A stretch of DNA of 64,000 nucleotides from Amoeboaphelidium protococcarum X5 (taxonomy: Eukaryota > Fungi > Aphelidiomycota): positions 186,001-250,000 of the forward strand of contig JALDTO010000181.1 of NCBI GenBank assembly GCA_023515725.1, written 5' to 3'. Shown one piece after another: positions 52,402-64,000 of this stretch (its first letter is position 1; the number at the start of each line of letters is the position of its first letter). The notes beneath the pieces were generated by a model. The model was given only the letters and a program-made list of their open reading frames with translations. It had not been told where the DNA came from and did not search any database. Position numbers and translations under genes: made by a program.

Positions 52402-53449
52402 TCAAAAGTCTATAAATGCAGCACCATAAGCATCTGAGGAATTGTCACCAATCTCCTGCGTGATATCCATTTCTTCATACTTGTCAAAGTTGCGAGTATC
52501 ACCGGCATGCTAGACATTGGGCCGAAACGGTGCTGCAATTTACCGAGCTTCAAGACGCGAAAATTCGATCGACTTGAACCATTTGTGTTTCTTCACCTCC
52601 TCTGATCCGCCGCGAAGATTTCCCAATCGCTTACTCTTGTCCGTGAGCAGTCGTTTCACCAAATCTTTCGCGTCCCTCTCAATCCAGTCGGTCCACGCAA
52701 TGCGGCCGTCGAGAATCTTCTAGTAAATGCCCATTGGAGAATCGTCAAGGAATGGCGGGAATCCGTTGATCATTTCGTAGATCAACACGCCGAACGACCA
52801 CCAGTCCACAGCTTTCCCATGACCAGAACTTTGGATAATTTCAGGCGGAAGGTATTCTACAAAATCATCAATGATTACATTTGAATGATGATGAGCATAT
52901 TGGTGAATATATCATCAAACAGCAAAACTTACCTGGAGTTCCGCATACCGTCCATGTTCGATCAAGCACAACTTTGGCGAAACCAAAATCCGCAATTTTA
53001 ATGTGTCCCTCAGAGTCTAGCAGTAAATTCTCTGGCTTCAAATCTCTATAGACAATAGACTTTGAGTGAATATATGCAATGGCACTTGCTATCTCTGCTG
53101 CATAAAATCGAGCCACTTCATTACTGAAACGGCCAGCCCGTCGAAGATGAGAGAACAATTCTCCGCCTGGTACATACTCTAGCAGAATATAGACATTACG
53201 AGAGTCTTGAAAGTTGGCCATCATGTTCACTATGAATGGATGTCGCAACATTGTCAGCACACTCTTTTCCGACTTTATATGTTCCACTTGTTTCAGTCTG
53301 ATAATTTCCGATTTCTTTAATATTTTAAGAGCGTAGTATTATGTAGAGTGAATGACAAGCATGACTCGACCAAAAGTTCCTGTTCCCAATGTGGAGACAT
53401 ACTAGAAGTTATAGGGATTAAGCGGAACAGCCGCAGCGAGAATATTCAT
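52402..53449 (-). CDS. cAMP-dependent protein kinase catalytic subunit (PKA/PRKX-like)
   Basis: [39 protein letters not shown]|[21 protein letters not shown]-terminal FIDF. Intron 52857-52932. Confidence 0.95.
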
Positions 53450-53652
53450 AAGCAATTTAAGAGATTTGAATCAATTATATGCGTCTGCAATTGTTAAAAG
53501 AGGTTATAACACTTAGTTTGAAATTGAAACAGAAAACAAAGAGAAACACGCTGAAACAATCTACATTGGAAGTAAGTAAAGGCTCTGTAAATAAAATAAT
53601 AAGTAGAATAAATTTTCTATATATCAAATCAGCAAATCAAAAAAATACGTTT

Positions 53653-56600
53653 TCACTGCTACTCTTCTTATTCGGCGTCTTATGCTGCTGCATCTTCTTC
53701 CATATTCTTCAGTTTCTTTTGGATACGTTCCCACAGGAGGAGAAGCTCATTCTTCTGCTTTGGTTCCACAACCTCAAGCACGAACGTCTCCGTGACCATA
53801 GTTTGTGATACATTGAGATTAGTCATACTGGGTGAGTTGGCATTAGATGATGACGCTAGAGAGGAAGATGGTGCTTGGGTGGATGTAGAGGTGAACGAGT
53901 CAGCGATACTGGGACGCTAGGATAACACTCTATGACCCATTGACATTGATCGAGATAGAGTACCATTCTTACTCGCCGACGGTCTCTTTTTCAATTTAGT
54001 TGGCAGATTACCAATTCTCTCATTATCTGCACCGCCATCCGCTTCTTCAGAATTTGCCTCAGCATTGTCAGCCACGGAATCTTCGCCATTCTCGGCAGCG
54101 TCTTCAACAATCGTTTGTTGCAGACTACTTGTACCAGAATCTACGCTGGCTCTCCCCGAGACTCTTCTGGGAGGCAGTGGAGGCAACGGTAGAGGCGGTC
54201 GTCTAGGAAGCTAACTGGTTGAATCGCCGTCCTGATTACGCTCTTAATCTTAACCAAAGACCTCTTGCGCTGACCTGGCATCGTCACTCAATGACACTCC
54301 CAGTCCGGTAGACGCCACACTGTGAACAACAGCCGGACTCTAGGTGATCAGACCAGCTTCCATTGAGGTTTCAAACTTTATCTGCTCCATCATAGTGGGT
54401 ATATCTGTTTTCGCGGGAACGAGCGAGCTTTATCTAGGCAAAGGGCGGTTGAAATGTCCATGACCAGTTATCGTAGTTGAGCGCTTCAATGATCCCTTTT
54501 CAATTGTCGGTAGAGTGACATTAGACAGAGATTACATGCTTCCAGAGACTTCAGTATCCGCACGGTCAGATTCATTCTTCTGCGGAGATCCTTTCTATTT
54601 CAGCCTCTCCAGAGCCAACTTCTCAATATTGGCCACATCAAGTGAGAATGAATCTGCAGCATTAGCCGATTTGGCCTACTTCTCTTCCACAGTTACATTA
54701 ACGTCGACAGTTTGTTTTACAGGGCTGGTGGGAGCGGATTATGCATTCTCCGCAACGGACGGCATACCTTTAATTACTTGCTTCACAGTCTTGGATCTCT
54801 TGAGTGCATTGGTTCCCAGCTATGCTATACCTGCCTGCTGTGACTTGATACGCGCATTACGCAAGTACTCCTAGTTGACTTCCAATAACTCTGACAAGAA
54901 CTTCTTCCTAGCTATTGGATTCCCGGCATCACTTTATCGAATGACAACTTTCAACAGAGCTTTCTGCTACTTGTTAGAGTTACCAGACAAAAACCCGAAG
55001 CGTTTAGACTCTTGTTATTACTATTACTACCCTGATCCTTAATTCAATTAATCAAGGTCCACAATATCAACATCCTTATTCCAACCAATTCTGAACAATG
55101 TCCATCCATCTTTATCTCGATCGGAGGCCGTGCTGGCAATCTTACTAGACCATTTCTTCTTGCCTTTAGCTTTGGCCACAGCAAACACGTCATTAAAAAT
55201 GTACAGACGGAGCAATGCAGAATCCTTGTCCTTGTTACTATTATCCTTGGAAGATTGAGTTGCATCAAAACCACTGGTAGACATCATAGTGGCGACACTA
55301 GGGACCATAGAGAATCCACTATTACCGACAGTCTAAGGACTGAATGCTTTCAATATATTATCCTTGGTAACATCAAAGCAATCACACTCGAAAGTTAATC
55401 TTCTCTGTGCACTAATGATGGTAGGAGGAATATTCTCAACCAGTCGAACAATCAAAAACATCCTGGTCATCTCCTCTTCATTCCTTTTCACTTCATTAAC
55501 AGTGTTGGCCAACTGGCGAAGCAGATTCAAAGCGGACGCGACATTCTCAAAGTCTGGATGATCAGCAGGCATGTGCTTCTTATAATCTTACAAAAGCAGC
55601 ACATATCTGGTCACTCTCTAAATAGGCAGGATCAAAAAGTCGACTATACCCTGCTTTTAGAAATCCTTATTCTTAAGGCACTCAGCAATAAATACTCTGT
55701 ATGCAGCACTGTTCTCATCACTTCGCCTAATAGCTTCTTTAGCAGCACTGTAATTATCAACAAACTTCAAGTACAACTTCAGACCGTCGTAATGCTCAAT
55801 AAAAAACTTTCCGACACTTTTCACCAGACTAAGCTCTTAATCAGTAACCGTTTCCCCTTAATACACCCTCTCCCATGTCTGTTCACTGTAATCTAGCTAC
55901 TAAACAACTTTGTCCATTTCTTCGCAAAATGTCTTGCTAAATTCAGACAGCTCTTCAATCCACGCGAAAATGATCTTAATGTCAACCATAGGAATGATTG
56001 GCTTTAAGGGGGCAGAGGAATTACTTGCGCCTAAATGCATTGGTCTATGAGAACTGTCACCAGACAAGTGCGTGCCCTTGGTGTTATCCGAATGCTAAGA
56101 GCTCATCGTCGCAAGGGATTCGCCACTGGCAGACGCCTTCACCTCTTTGTCACTTGATAATCCTAAAGCAGCCCGGATTAGAGGAGCCTTGAACTACTTC
56201 AACACAATGGATAAATTGGCAACATAATTTCGCTCCGTCTCATAAATTTCTCGGAATATAAACTACCTGACTTGAATCATTTTCTTGCGTTTATCAGGAG
56301 ATATATCACTAACTGAGGGTCTACCGGATCCTGTGACTTACTGCTGAGCTTAATTTGCAATATAAAGAGCAGCGGCTTATTATTCAGCCATCTAGCGAAT
56401 ATGAGATGTATCCAAATCTCCGCCTGAAGTCAATTAACCACCTTCAATAGCATCAGCAAGTGCAAGAGTATCATCTGCCATCTCATTTATAATTTAATAC
56501 TAAAACTCCGACTCTTCCTGGCCTAGAATCTTGATCGGACTTCTACTCACTACTTTACTCAGAGCTGAACTTTCCGCCTCAGAGCTAATACTCAACTGTT

Positions 56601-57129
56601 AAACTGGCTGTAGAATGGACGATGAATTAAAAGATTGTTGAATCAGAGTCGATTGTGTCGCCACAGATGAATTACCGACTGATTCTCCATATTCATAAAG
56701 TTCTCCCAACTTATCACTATGCTCCGAATCACCCCGGTCCCTTCGAGAAGTGCTGTTACTACTATTACCATCATTCAATTAGAATCCCTGACCAAGAGTA
56801 ATTTTCCGCTCAACATCGTCTCCCCTCACAGATATTACTTACTAATTACTTTGACTGTCCATAGTAAATGTATTTCCTTTATTTTCAAGAAGAGTCTCAA
56901 GAGCATTAACCAACTCATCTTTAGGACGGCCTTATTGGGTATCCCCGCCAGTGCCAATATTCTTATTAAGGGAGGATCCTCGTTTAGGAGGCAGATGCGG
57001 CTTAGATGGTAGTGGCGGAGGAGCAGCTTTGCTATCAGATGATGCAAGTCCATCTTTCATCTACTATGACTGCGACTATTTGTAATGTTATGATGACAGT
57101 ATCGGCTACAAAGTCTAGAATTATTACAT
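53653..57129 (-). CDS. RhoGEF (DH-PH) with long low-complexity termini
   Basis: IFREIYETERNYV, FLILPIQRVTRYVLLL, PADHPDF, VNEVKR, LYIFNDVF. One code-6 frame; start codon tentative. Confidence 0.85.
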
Positions 57130-58481
57130 GGTGGTCCATCTCAAGCAGTATGCAATCCAATCAGTCAGTATCATGTACATCTCTCAATACTCATTTAACA
57201 TGAAGACAGAGATCAAACTAATTTAGAATAATAGATATACAAGTCAGAGACAAATATCATCTATACTAACAGTCTAAAGTGATACAATGACTCAAGGAGT
57301 GATGCATACTGATCTTGAGACATCAATGACCGGTCGGCAACTGGCCAGACCACGACAATGAACCACACATACAAATATAGTGCAAATAAGTTAATAAATC
57401 TATAGAATCTGAAGTATAAATTACGTCTTTATCATTGCCATTCATTGTGGCAGAGTCCATGAAATTATTATCCAAAATATTGAACCAACTGCAGTATACG
57501 TACGTGGTCGATATAACAACAGAAACAAAAAATGGTCTCGGTCTCGCTCAAGAAAGCTTTTGGTTTCACTCTGGGCGTTGTCAAGCACTGTTGCACAGTA
57601 GTTTTTATCTGTTTACTCAACTTTGACACTCCAATGTCTCACTTTACCCATTACTATGTGGTGTATATTATTTGACAATTGACATTATGGAGATCTAAAG
57701 ATAACCAAATTCTTTTCTTTTGCGACATGCATTTAAGTTGGTTGTTTTATCTATGACTTCTTGTGGTCCAACTGTAAAGGACGCGCTTTGATTTTCGTTT
57801 CTTACTCGACCGAGTTATTCCGCCATACAGCTAGCTATTCCCATTTAATCTTTAGGTGTGTGCGATTATTCTCAATAAACAATTAAGCACCAGGATACAT
57901 ATATTACAGAAGTAAATGTTTCCTATAGACTTTGAAGGGTAGAAACTTGCGGATAAAGTCAACTTTTGGATTCTGAATGCATCAGGGGTGGGATTTTGAG
58001 TTTTCACTTTCTGGATGTCTTTGATACTGTTATACTGTGGGTGTGGTGTAGATACTAGCGTTTACACTTGGTTTCGTAACTCAGTCGTTACATGTCATGT
58101 GGTATACACTGTTAGCCGGAATGGTCATTAGTGCTATTGTAAGTTCTTGATTCTCTAGTAAAAGGAGATTATACTTCGACTAATTATGAATGTAGTTGAT
58201 CACTCCACCGTGGCCGTTTCTCAACAAGAATCCGCTCTAATGGTAGAAAGCTGCCGGCCGTTCAAAGTCCAATGCAAAGATCGACAGCTCTAAAACAGCT
58301 GTAGCAAACAACGCGCGTCCTAAGAAGTGAACATTTAGTGACTGTCTAAAATAAACTTGTTGTCTCAGCCATCGTTCTTGTTGAGTGATTTCCTGTCACT
58401 TGGACTTTTTCTTTTGCTGCCATCATTTGTATTTTCAGAGTTTTGTCTCACCTTATCTATCTATACGCGTCATTAGTCATA

Positions 58482-59058
58482 ATGGCTAGTTATTTTAGTA
58501 TGTCTTGGCTTTAATAGTTTACAATTGCACGGAATAATAAATGAACTTGTGGATGTAGGTGATCATAATGTAAAGGAAAGTAATCCGGCGGGCTCATTTA
58601 TGCAGGAGTGGATGAGTTAGTTGGAGGAGCAGTCCAAGGGTATCCCGCCAGCTAACCGTGATTTCATCTCTCACCTGGAAACTGTGACTCTGAAGGATGT
58701 TGATGACTTGAATTGGTGCTGTTACATTTGTCAGTAGGATTTCACAGAGTTTATAGATCCTAACAAGACTAATGATTAAGAGCAGAAAGCCGCCCAAAAG
58801 GTTATCCTGAAGCGATTGCCGTGCTCACATGTGTTTGATGTGGATTGTATTTAGAAATGGCTCTAACTTCACGCTACTTGTCCATGCTGCAGGTACGTTA
58901 TTCTTGATTGTTACAATTGATCTTATAATTTTTTTGCGTGTAGACGGGAGTATCCAAGCAATAACTTCTCCTATAACCAAATGAAGGAGATGGAGCAATT
59001 GGCCAAACGCGATGCCAAAGCTGAAGAGCAAGACCATTTCTCATCAATGTACTCTTGA
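58482..59058 (+). CDS. RNF181: RING E3 ubiquitin ligase, RNF181-like
   Basis: MASYFSDHN after splicing 58499-58558; PPANRDFI; CYIC...[26 protein letters not shown]; second intron about 58893-58943; C-terminal SMYS. Confidence 0.8.
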
Positions 59059-59135
59059 ATGGATTCTATGAAAGTTATGTCAATAATATCAAATTTGCTA
59101 AATTTCTTCGCTATTAAATTTAAATATTCTATTCA

Positions 59136-61190
59136 TCATTTCAAATCAACACCGAAAGGAAAGACGATTGACTCGCACATCTTCATGAATGTGATCTGAT
59201 GATCGTGTTCATCATGAAGAGGGATCAGGGAGAAGAGCAGACTGGCGCAAATCATTTCAATATCTCTAAATTTCGAGATCTTGTACATCTTAGTAACTGA
59301 ATCTCTAAAAGCATCGCGCAATGTGGCCAAGGATTCAACATCTTTACTCTCAAGCGGATATTTGTCGATCAGAACGAAATCATAACCCCACAGCGACTGA
59401 TACACCTTGGCCAGATCATACATGATGTCACCTTGCAGAGTCGGTGTATTGCCTTATAATCCACGCATATCTATAAACTTGACTTCGCCATCGTTGGTTA
59501 GCAAAATGTTGGAAAACACCGGATCACCGTGAATTACACTGGATCGCATCACACGCCCAGATTGTACATAACTGTCCAAGTACTGGCACAAACTACTGAA
59601 CAGATAATCCATGTGCTTGGCATTTTTCCCCAGCTTTGAGTAGGTACTTTTATGCTCTTCATAGCGCTGCCTCAGTTTACTCGTGTAGTTAGACGAGATG
59701 TCTACTTATTGTCCCTGCTCAGGAGAATCCTACGCCTGGTGCAGAGATTGCAACGACTTCATAACCAACTAGAAGCGCCCCTCAGTAAGACAACGATTAG
59801 TCAAAAGATGGGAACAGGTGACGCCTTTCACTCTCTCTACACGGATTTGCATACGCTTAGTATCAGACTTGTCAACGCTCAACACTTTTGGAAATAGATG
59901 CTTGATGGACTCTGGTATGTTCTCATAGTAAAATACTTCGCCAATAAATCTGTCACTTACACTAGACTTTATAACGACATCATCTATAACTTGAATGGTA
60001 TTACATGAACGAGGATGGACCAGGTTCATTTTCTTTAAATCGGCATCCACCTAATTACCTCTGCTCCACCCCAACTCGCGCTCAGTGTCAATGATGGCGT
60101 TCACTGCCAGATCATCAACGTAGACATGAGCGTATGGCTTTCCAAAATGCAACTCATCACATGGAATATTGAACTTATTCAGTGTTTCCAGAGTGATCAT
60201 TCCAACATCTGCAATGATAGCACCCACGTTGCCATTGTGAGTTTTCATGCGACGCGCAGTGGCAATTATGATGTAATGGCCTGCCGCCTTGAGTTCCTGT
60301 ACAAGTTTGATATTTCTATATAGAGGCTAGACTGTAGTGTAATCATCAGCTACAGCAGGTAGAGTCACCAAAGTATTGTCCAAATCGAAACAGAATCGGC
60401 GACTCTTCACCAGTTGTGGATTCAACTTTACATGAGCAAGGAACTAGTCTAGCTACCAAGGAGTCCCAACACACGCAAAGCTATCCACAAAAATTCCCAT
60501 AAAGTGCTCACCATCTGTGATCATCTAACTTATCACATTGGACGTGTAATACTCTCCAGATGAGCCTATGCCTGAGTCCAAAATCTTGACGCAGTACCTT
60601 TCAAGCAGGCGAGCAGAAGCAAACGCGTACGCACCCGTATTAGCATTGGATGATATCTTCACCTTCTCCTTAATCTCTGTTATCTTGTTGTCAGCATCTA
60701 GAGAAATGTAAGAGAACACAGGCTTATCTTGATCATCATTAAAGTAGAAACATGCAGACTGGTTGGTTGCCAAGGCGCGAAACTTGCTTAAAATATCTGT
60801 AAAGTAGATGGTGTCGCAATCAAGAGATATCGTCTTCCTGGCCTTCTCATCTGCAGTCATGGATTGAAGTATAATATACAAAGTCTCGGCAGCACCTCTA
60901 GTATCAAAGTTCAGCTTAACACACTTAACGTTGGGAATATTCTACTTGCGCTCTCTCAGCTCTTTGCGCACCAAATCGGATACTTGAAATTCTTGTTCAA
61001 TGCCAGCATTCAATCCAATCCAGATGGTATCCATCGATGTCAACTTGAGATTATCAATTAGCCACAAGATCATGGGACGTCCCACAATATTAATCAGAGG
61101 CTTGGGATGACGATACCCATTCTTTGCAAATCTTGAACCAATACCTCCCATCGGGATGACAACGTTCAAAGGCTCTCCCTGCTACTCCAT
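59136..61190 (-). CDS. Trifunctional nucleotidyltransferase + HAD phosphatase (capsule-biosynthesis EcbF/BcbF-like) + APH/choline-kinase-like kinase
   Basis: VIPMGGIGSRF..HPKPLINIVGRPMI; FCFDLDNTL, TARRMKT, FGKPYAHVYVDD; IHGDPVFSNILL, FIDMRG, GDIMYDLAK. 684-aa intronless code-6 ORF. Confidence 0.88.
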
Positions 61191-63140
61191 TCTTAGAATT
61201 ATAACGTTCCTTTACTGAAAAGATTCAATTGAACTTTATAATGAGTCGGAATCGCAAAAGTTTAAACTTCAATAAATCGGACTAAGAAGTAGTATCAACA
61301 GCTTATAAATTTCGGTAACCAGCGCCGGCGGTTGTTAGGCAATGGGCTCACCTCACACTATTGCACACAAAAGCTCATTATATACAGTTGTAACAAATTC
61401 GCTTTTTGTTTATTTGAGCCCTTACTGGTATTTCGCGATGCCATGGAAATGAAACTGATCGCGAAATCTGAAATACTGTACCAGTTCGGGAATTTATATC
61501 ATCTACAATATTCAATATTTTAAAGCAACTTTGCTGATCCGCTTTCCGACACACGCCAAACGACCCCTGTTGAAATATATCAATAAAATGAAACAAAGAA
61601 ATATTATCAATTATATACGCCGTGTGGCTTATGTCTATCATTCAAGTATCAAAAGTCATCATAAGGAGTGGCTTCTTGATCCTTCTGAAAAACTTCCAGC
61701 ATCGGTTCAGGGGCAGACGTTCTGAACAACACTTCCAACACCTGCACTGTAGTTTCGATATCTTTACTGCTGCGGAATACTTTCTTCAGCCTTTGCCAGC
61801 CAAAATTTATCTTCTTTTATTTTACTCTCTTGTATGGCATACCTCTTATTCTCCAGCAATTCCAAGTACATATAATACAATTATATATCATCGTCGACAA
61901 ATGTCAAGCGGCGCTTAATCAGTTCTTTCAGCACATGCTTGTCAGCGCGTTTCACCTTGCGAAACTTGAGTTCTTTGTGGATATGCTTCTTAGCTTTATC
62001 CTATTTCTTGATCTTATCTTTATGTTTATTATGCGAATAAAGTCTTTTTGACAATATTTGTTATTAATGCCCTCATCTTAGCAGAAGAAGTCTCATATGT
62101 AAACATCAAAACGGTCTCTGTCCTGAGACCTCAGCTAGCCTTCCACTCCTAAAAACTTCTTTACCATTTGGTGTTGGGTCTACAGTATTCATAATCACAA
62201 TTCTCTCTCCAGAATAGAAGATTTACACGCCAAACCAACCTTTTATGCACAGCAACAGCTCACACTTGAGTCACTGATCTCACACCTGTGACATGCATAC
62301 TTTCCAGCTTACAGATACATCTGAGGAACAAATCCGCCCTCATAACTAATCACGCGATAACTGACGTCGTTCATAGCGATATCTTGTTCTGATATTTCAA
62401 CTTATCGCAATGAATTAAATCGAAACAATCCATTTGCTGTGTACGAGATTTGATCTCCAGTCGATGTTTCGGCCCCTTGCCAGCAGGCTTTGCGGATGTC
62501 TCGTTCCACGTAATTTGTTCAGATATTATTCGTTTTACGGCACCGACCGGCCTTAACCGTCGCCTTTAATAAGGAGAAATTCTGCTGCGCCTCTTTTTTT
62601 ATGCTCCTTGCAACATCAACGCTCCGTTGCGTCGTTCATAAGTATCCAGTTTGACTGTAAGTTAAGTTTTATTAATGTGCCTATTTTAAAATAGGGGACG
62701 GATCGACGAAAGCTTTGAACTCTCTGATGCGTGCTTGAGTGCTAGATTTGAGAATGCCTCAAGGATGCCGCTCATTGTGTTCGCCAAAGGTGGTGCCAGA
62801 CATTGCAAACTAATAGAGTACCATTTGATATACCTGAGTCTAAAGATTTGGACTCTTAAAATCTCACTATTCAATCGACCACGCTTGCTAAGGCTACCTA
62901 AACGTTCATCGGTAGATCACTTATCAATTACAGATGGCGTTAGCATAAAGTTTTTTATAACTCAGACCTTAACTATTGCTATTAATTTTAAATTTTCGCG
63001 TTAGTTTGATATACATGGGTGATAAGATTTATATAATGGCATGATCTAGAGCCCTGATTAAGCTTAACGATCTTCATTGATTGTTGTATTGTTCCGGGCA
63101 AACATTTAGATAATCATCCATTTTAACGCCTATATTAACA

Positions 63141-64000
63141 ATGAGCTAGCTTTATAGAACTTATGCATCAGCGATCGCTCTTGTCTTGGTCCATACAAGT
63201 ATCAATGTAGTGTACAAAGTGGCTTAGACTTCTGGGAGCTATCCTTTTAGCACCGCCTCATCTCTGACAATGTCGGAACTGATCAAGATGTGCATAAGCA
63301 TTGTATCAATCCGGATATTTGACAAGGAGTCTGACATCAGTAATCTAAGAAGAATATTCAGTTGGCGAAGCATAGCATAGTCTATTAGATAACATCCAAG
63401 TGGTCACAGTGTTTTGCCCACGACAGAGGAGTCTGGTCATCAGCATCAGAAAGATCGTCCTCTTCTATTGCTGGCTAAAATTTTTGGATTGGCTGCTCTT
63501 TATGCGCTCAATAATAATCTCTCATTCTACCTATTCAAATTGGTAGATCCTGCCACCATTTCATTATTCAAATCAGTATCATCATTCTCAACTGCTATCC
63601 TAATGTTCTTCCTCCTGAGTCGCCCCATTTATCGAACTTAATGGTTTGCGATTATATTCCAGTGTCTTGGTCTTGTCATGTTCCAATGGGATCCTTGTGT
63701 TGGTAAGCCGCTACACGCTCCGTATCTCTACCTCGCTCTCTGCATGGCAGTATCAATCACTACTATAAGCTCTGTATGGAACGATTTTCTATTGAAAAAT
63801 GTTCCCATCTCACTGAACAGTTTCAATGCCATCATGTACGGCTTCGGGGTGTTGCTTAATTTCTGCTTTTATATACATGACGCATATAAAGGCTGGCCCT
63901 CGTTTTTCACTGGTTATACGGGCGGGGCTTGGCTAGTGGTTTTTTGTAATTCAATTATTGGAATCGTGATCACTCTGGTGTACAAATATGGAGATGCTTT
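63141..64000 (+). CDS. Nucleotide-sugar transporter, SLC35A-like (3' end beyond the window)
   Basis: YPFSTAS..SELIKM, LYALNNNL..VDPAT..LFKS, QWFAI, GIVITLVYKYGDA. Confidence 0.88.

Noticed and set aside
61340-62200. Lys-rich minus-strand coding-like stretch
   Set aside because: Interrupted by TGAs and frame changes, with no recognisable motif; possibly a decayed gene but not supportable.
1-64000. Idea that the fragmented ORFs indicate mass pseudogenisation or sequencing error
   Set aside because: The breaks are in-frame TAA/TAG at Gln positions in otherwise intact essential genes.

Overview
Gene-dense, intron-poor eukaryotic DNA from a fungus-related opisthokont that does not use the standard genetic code. 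TAA/TAG sit in frame at conserved Gln positions of many proteins, and every gene end I traced is TGA (translation table 6). With a chitin synthase present, this fits an aphelid such as Amoeboaphelidium protococcarum (inference). The supplied ORF track uses the standard code and therefore fragments nearly every gene. Re-read by hand with TAA/TAG=Gln, the window holds about 25 genes: PLRG1, RasGEF, TVP23, TDH, NADP-IDH, SAM synthetase, GT14, ZGRF1-like helicase, an NAD epimerase, Aladin, chitin synthase, PIF1, two 8-Cys GPI proteins, an MFS transporter, GAD, a sulfotransferase, GRHPR, TBC1D5, DHX34, a PKA/PRKX kinase, a RhoGEF, RNF181, a trifunctional nucleotidyltransferase-phosphatase-kinase and a nucleotide-sugar transporter. 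It also holds three pseudogenes. The standout is a Fanzor1-type (eukaryotic TnpB-like RNA-guided nuclease) locus at 23070-25387, written in the host's reassigned code. It has an intact RuvC D-E-D triad, one frame break that a 32-nt GT-AG intron would repair, and structured candidate omegaRNA segments downstream (25365-25435 and 25758-25873). All coordinates were derived by eye and may be off by a few bases.
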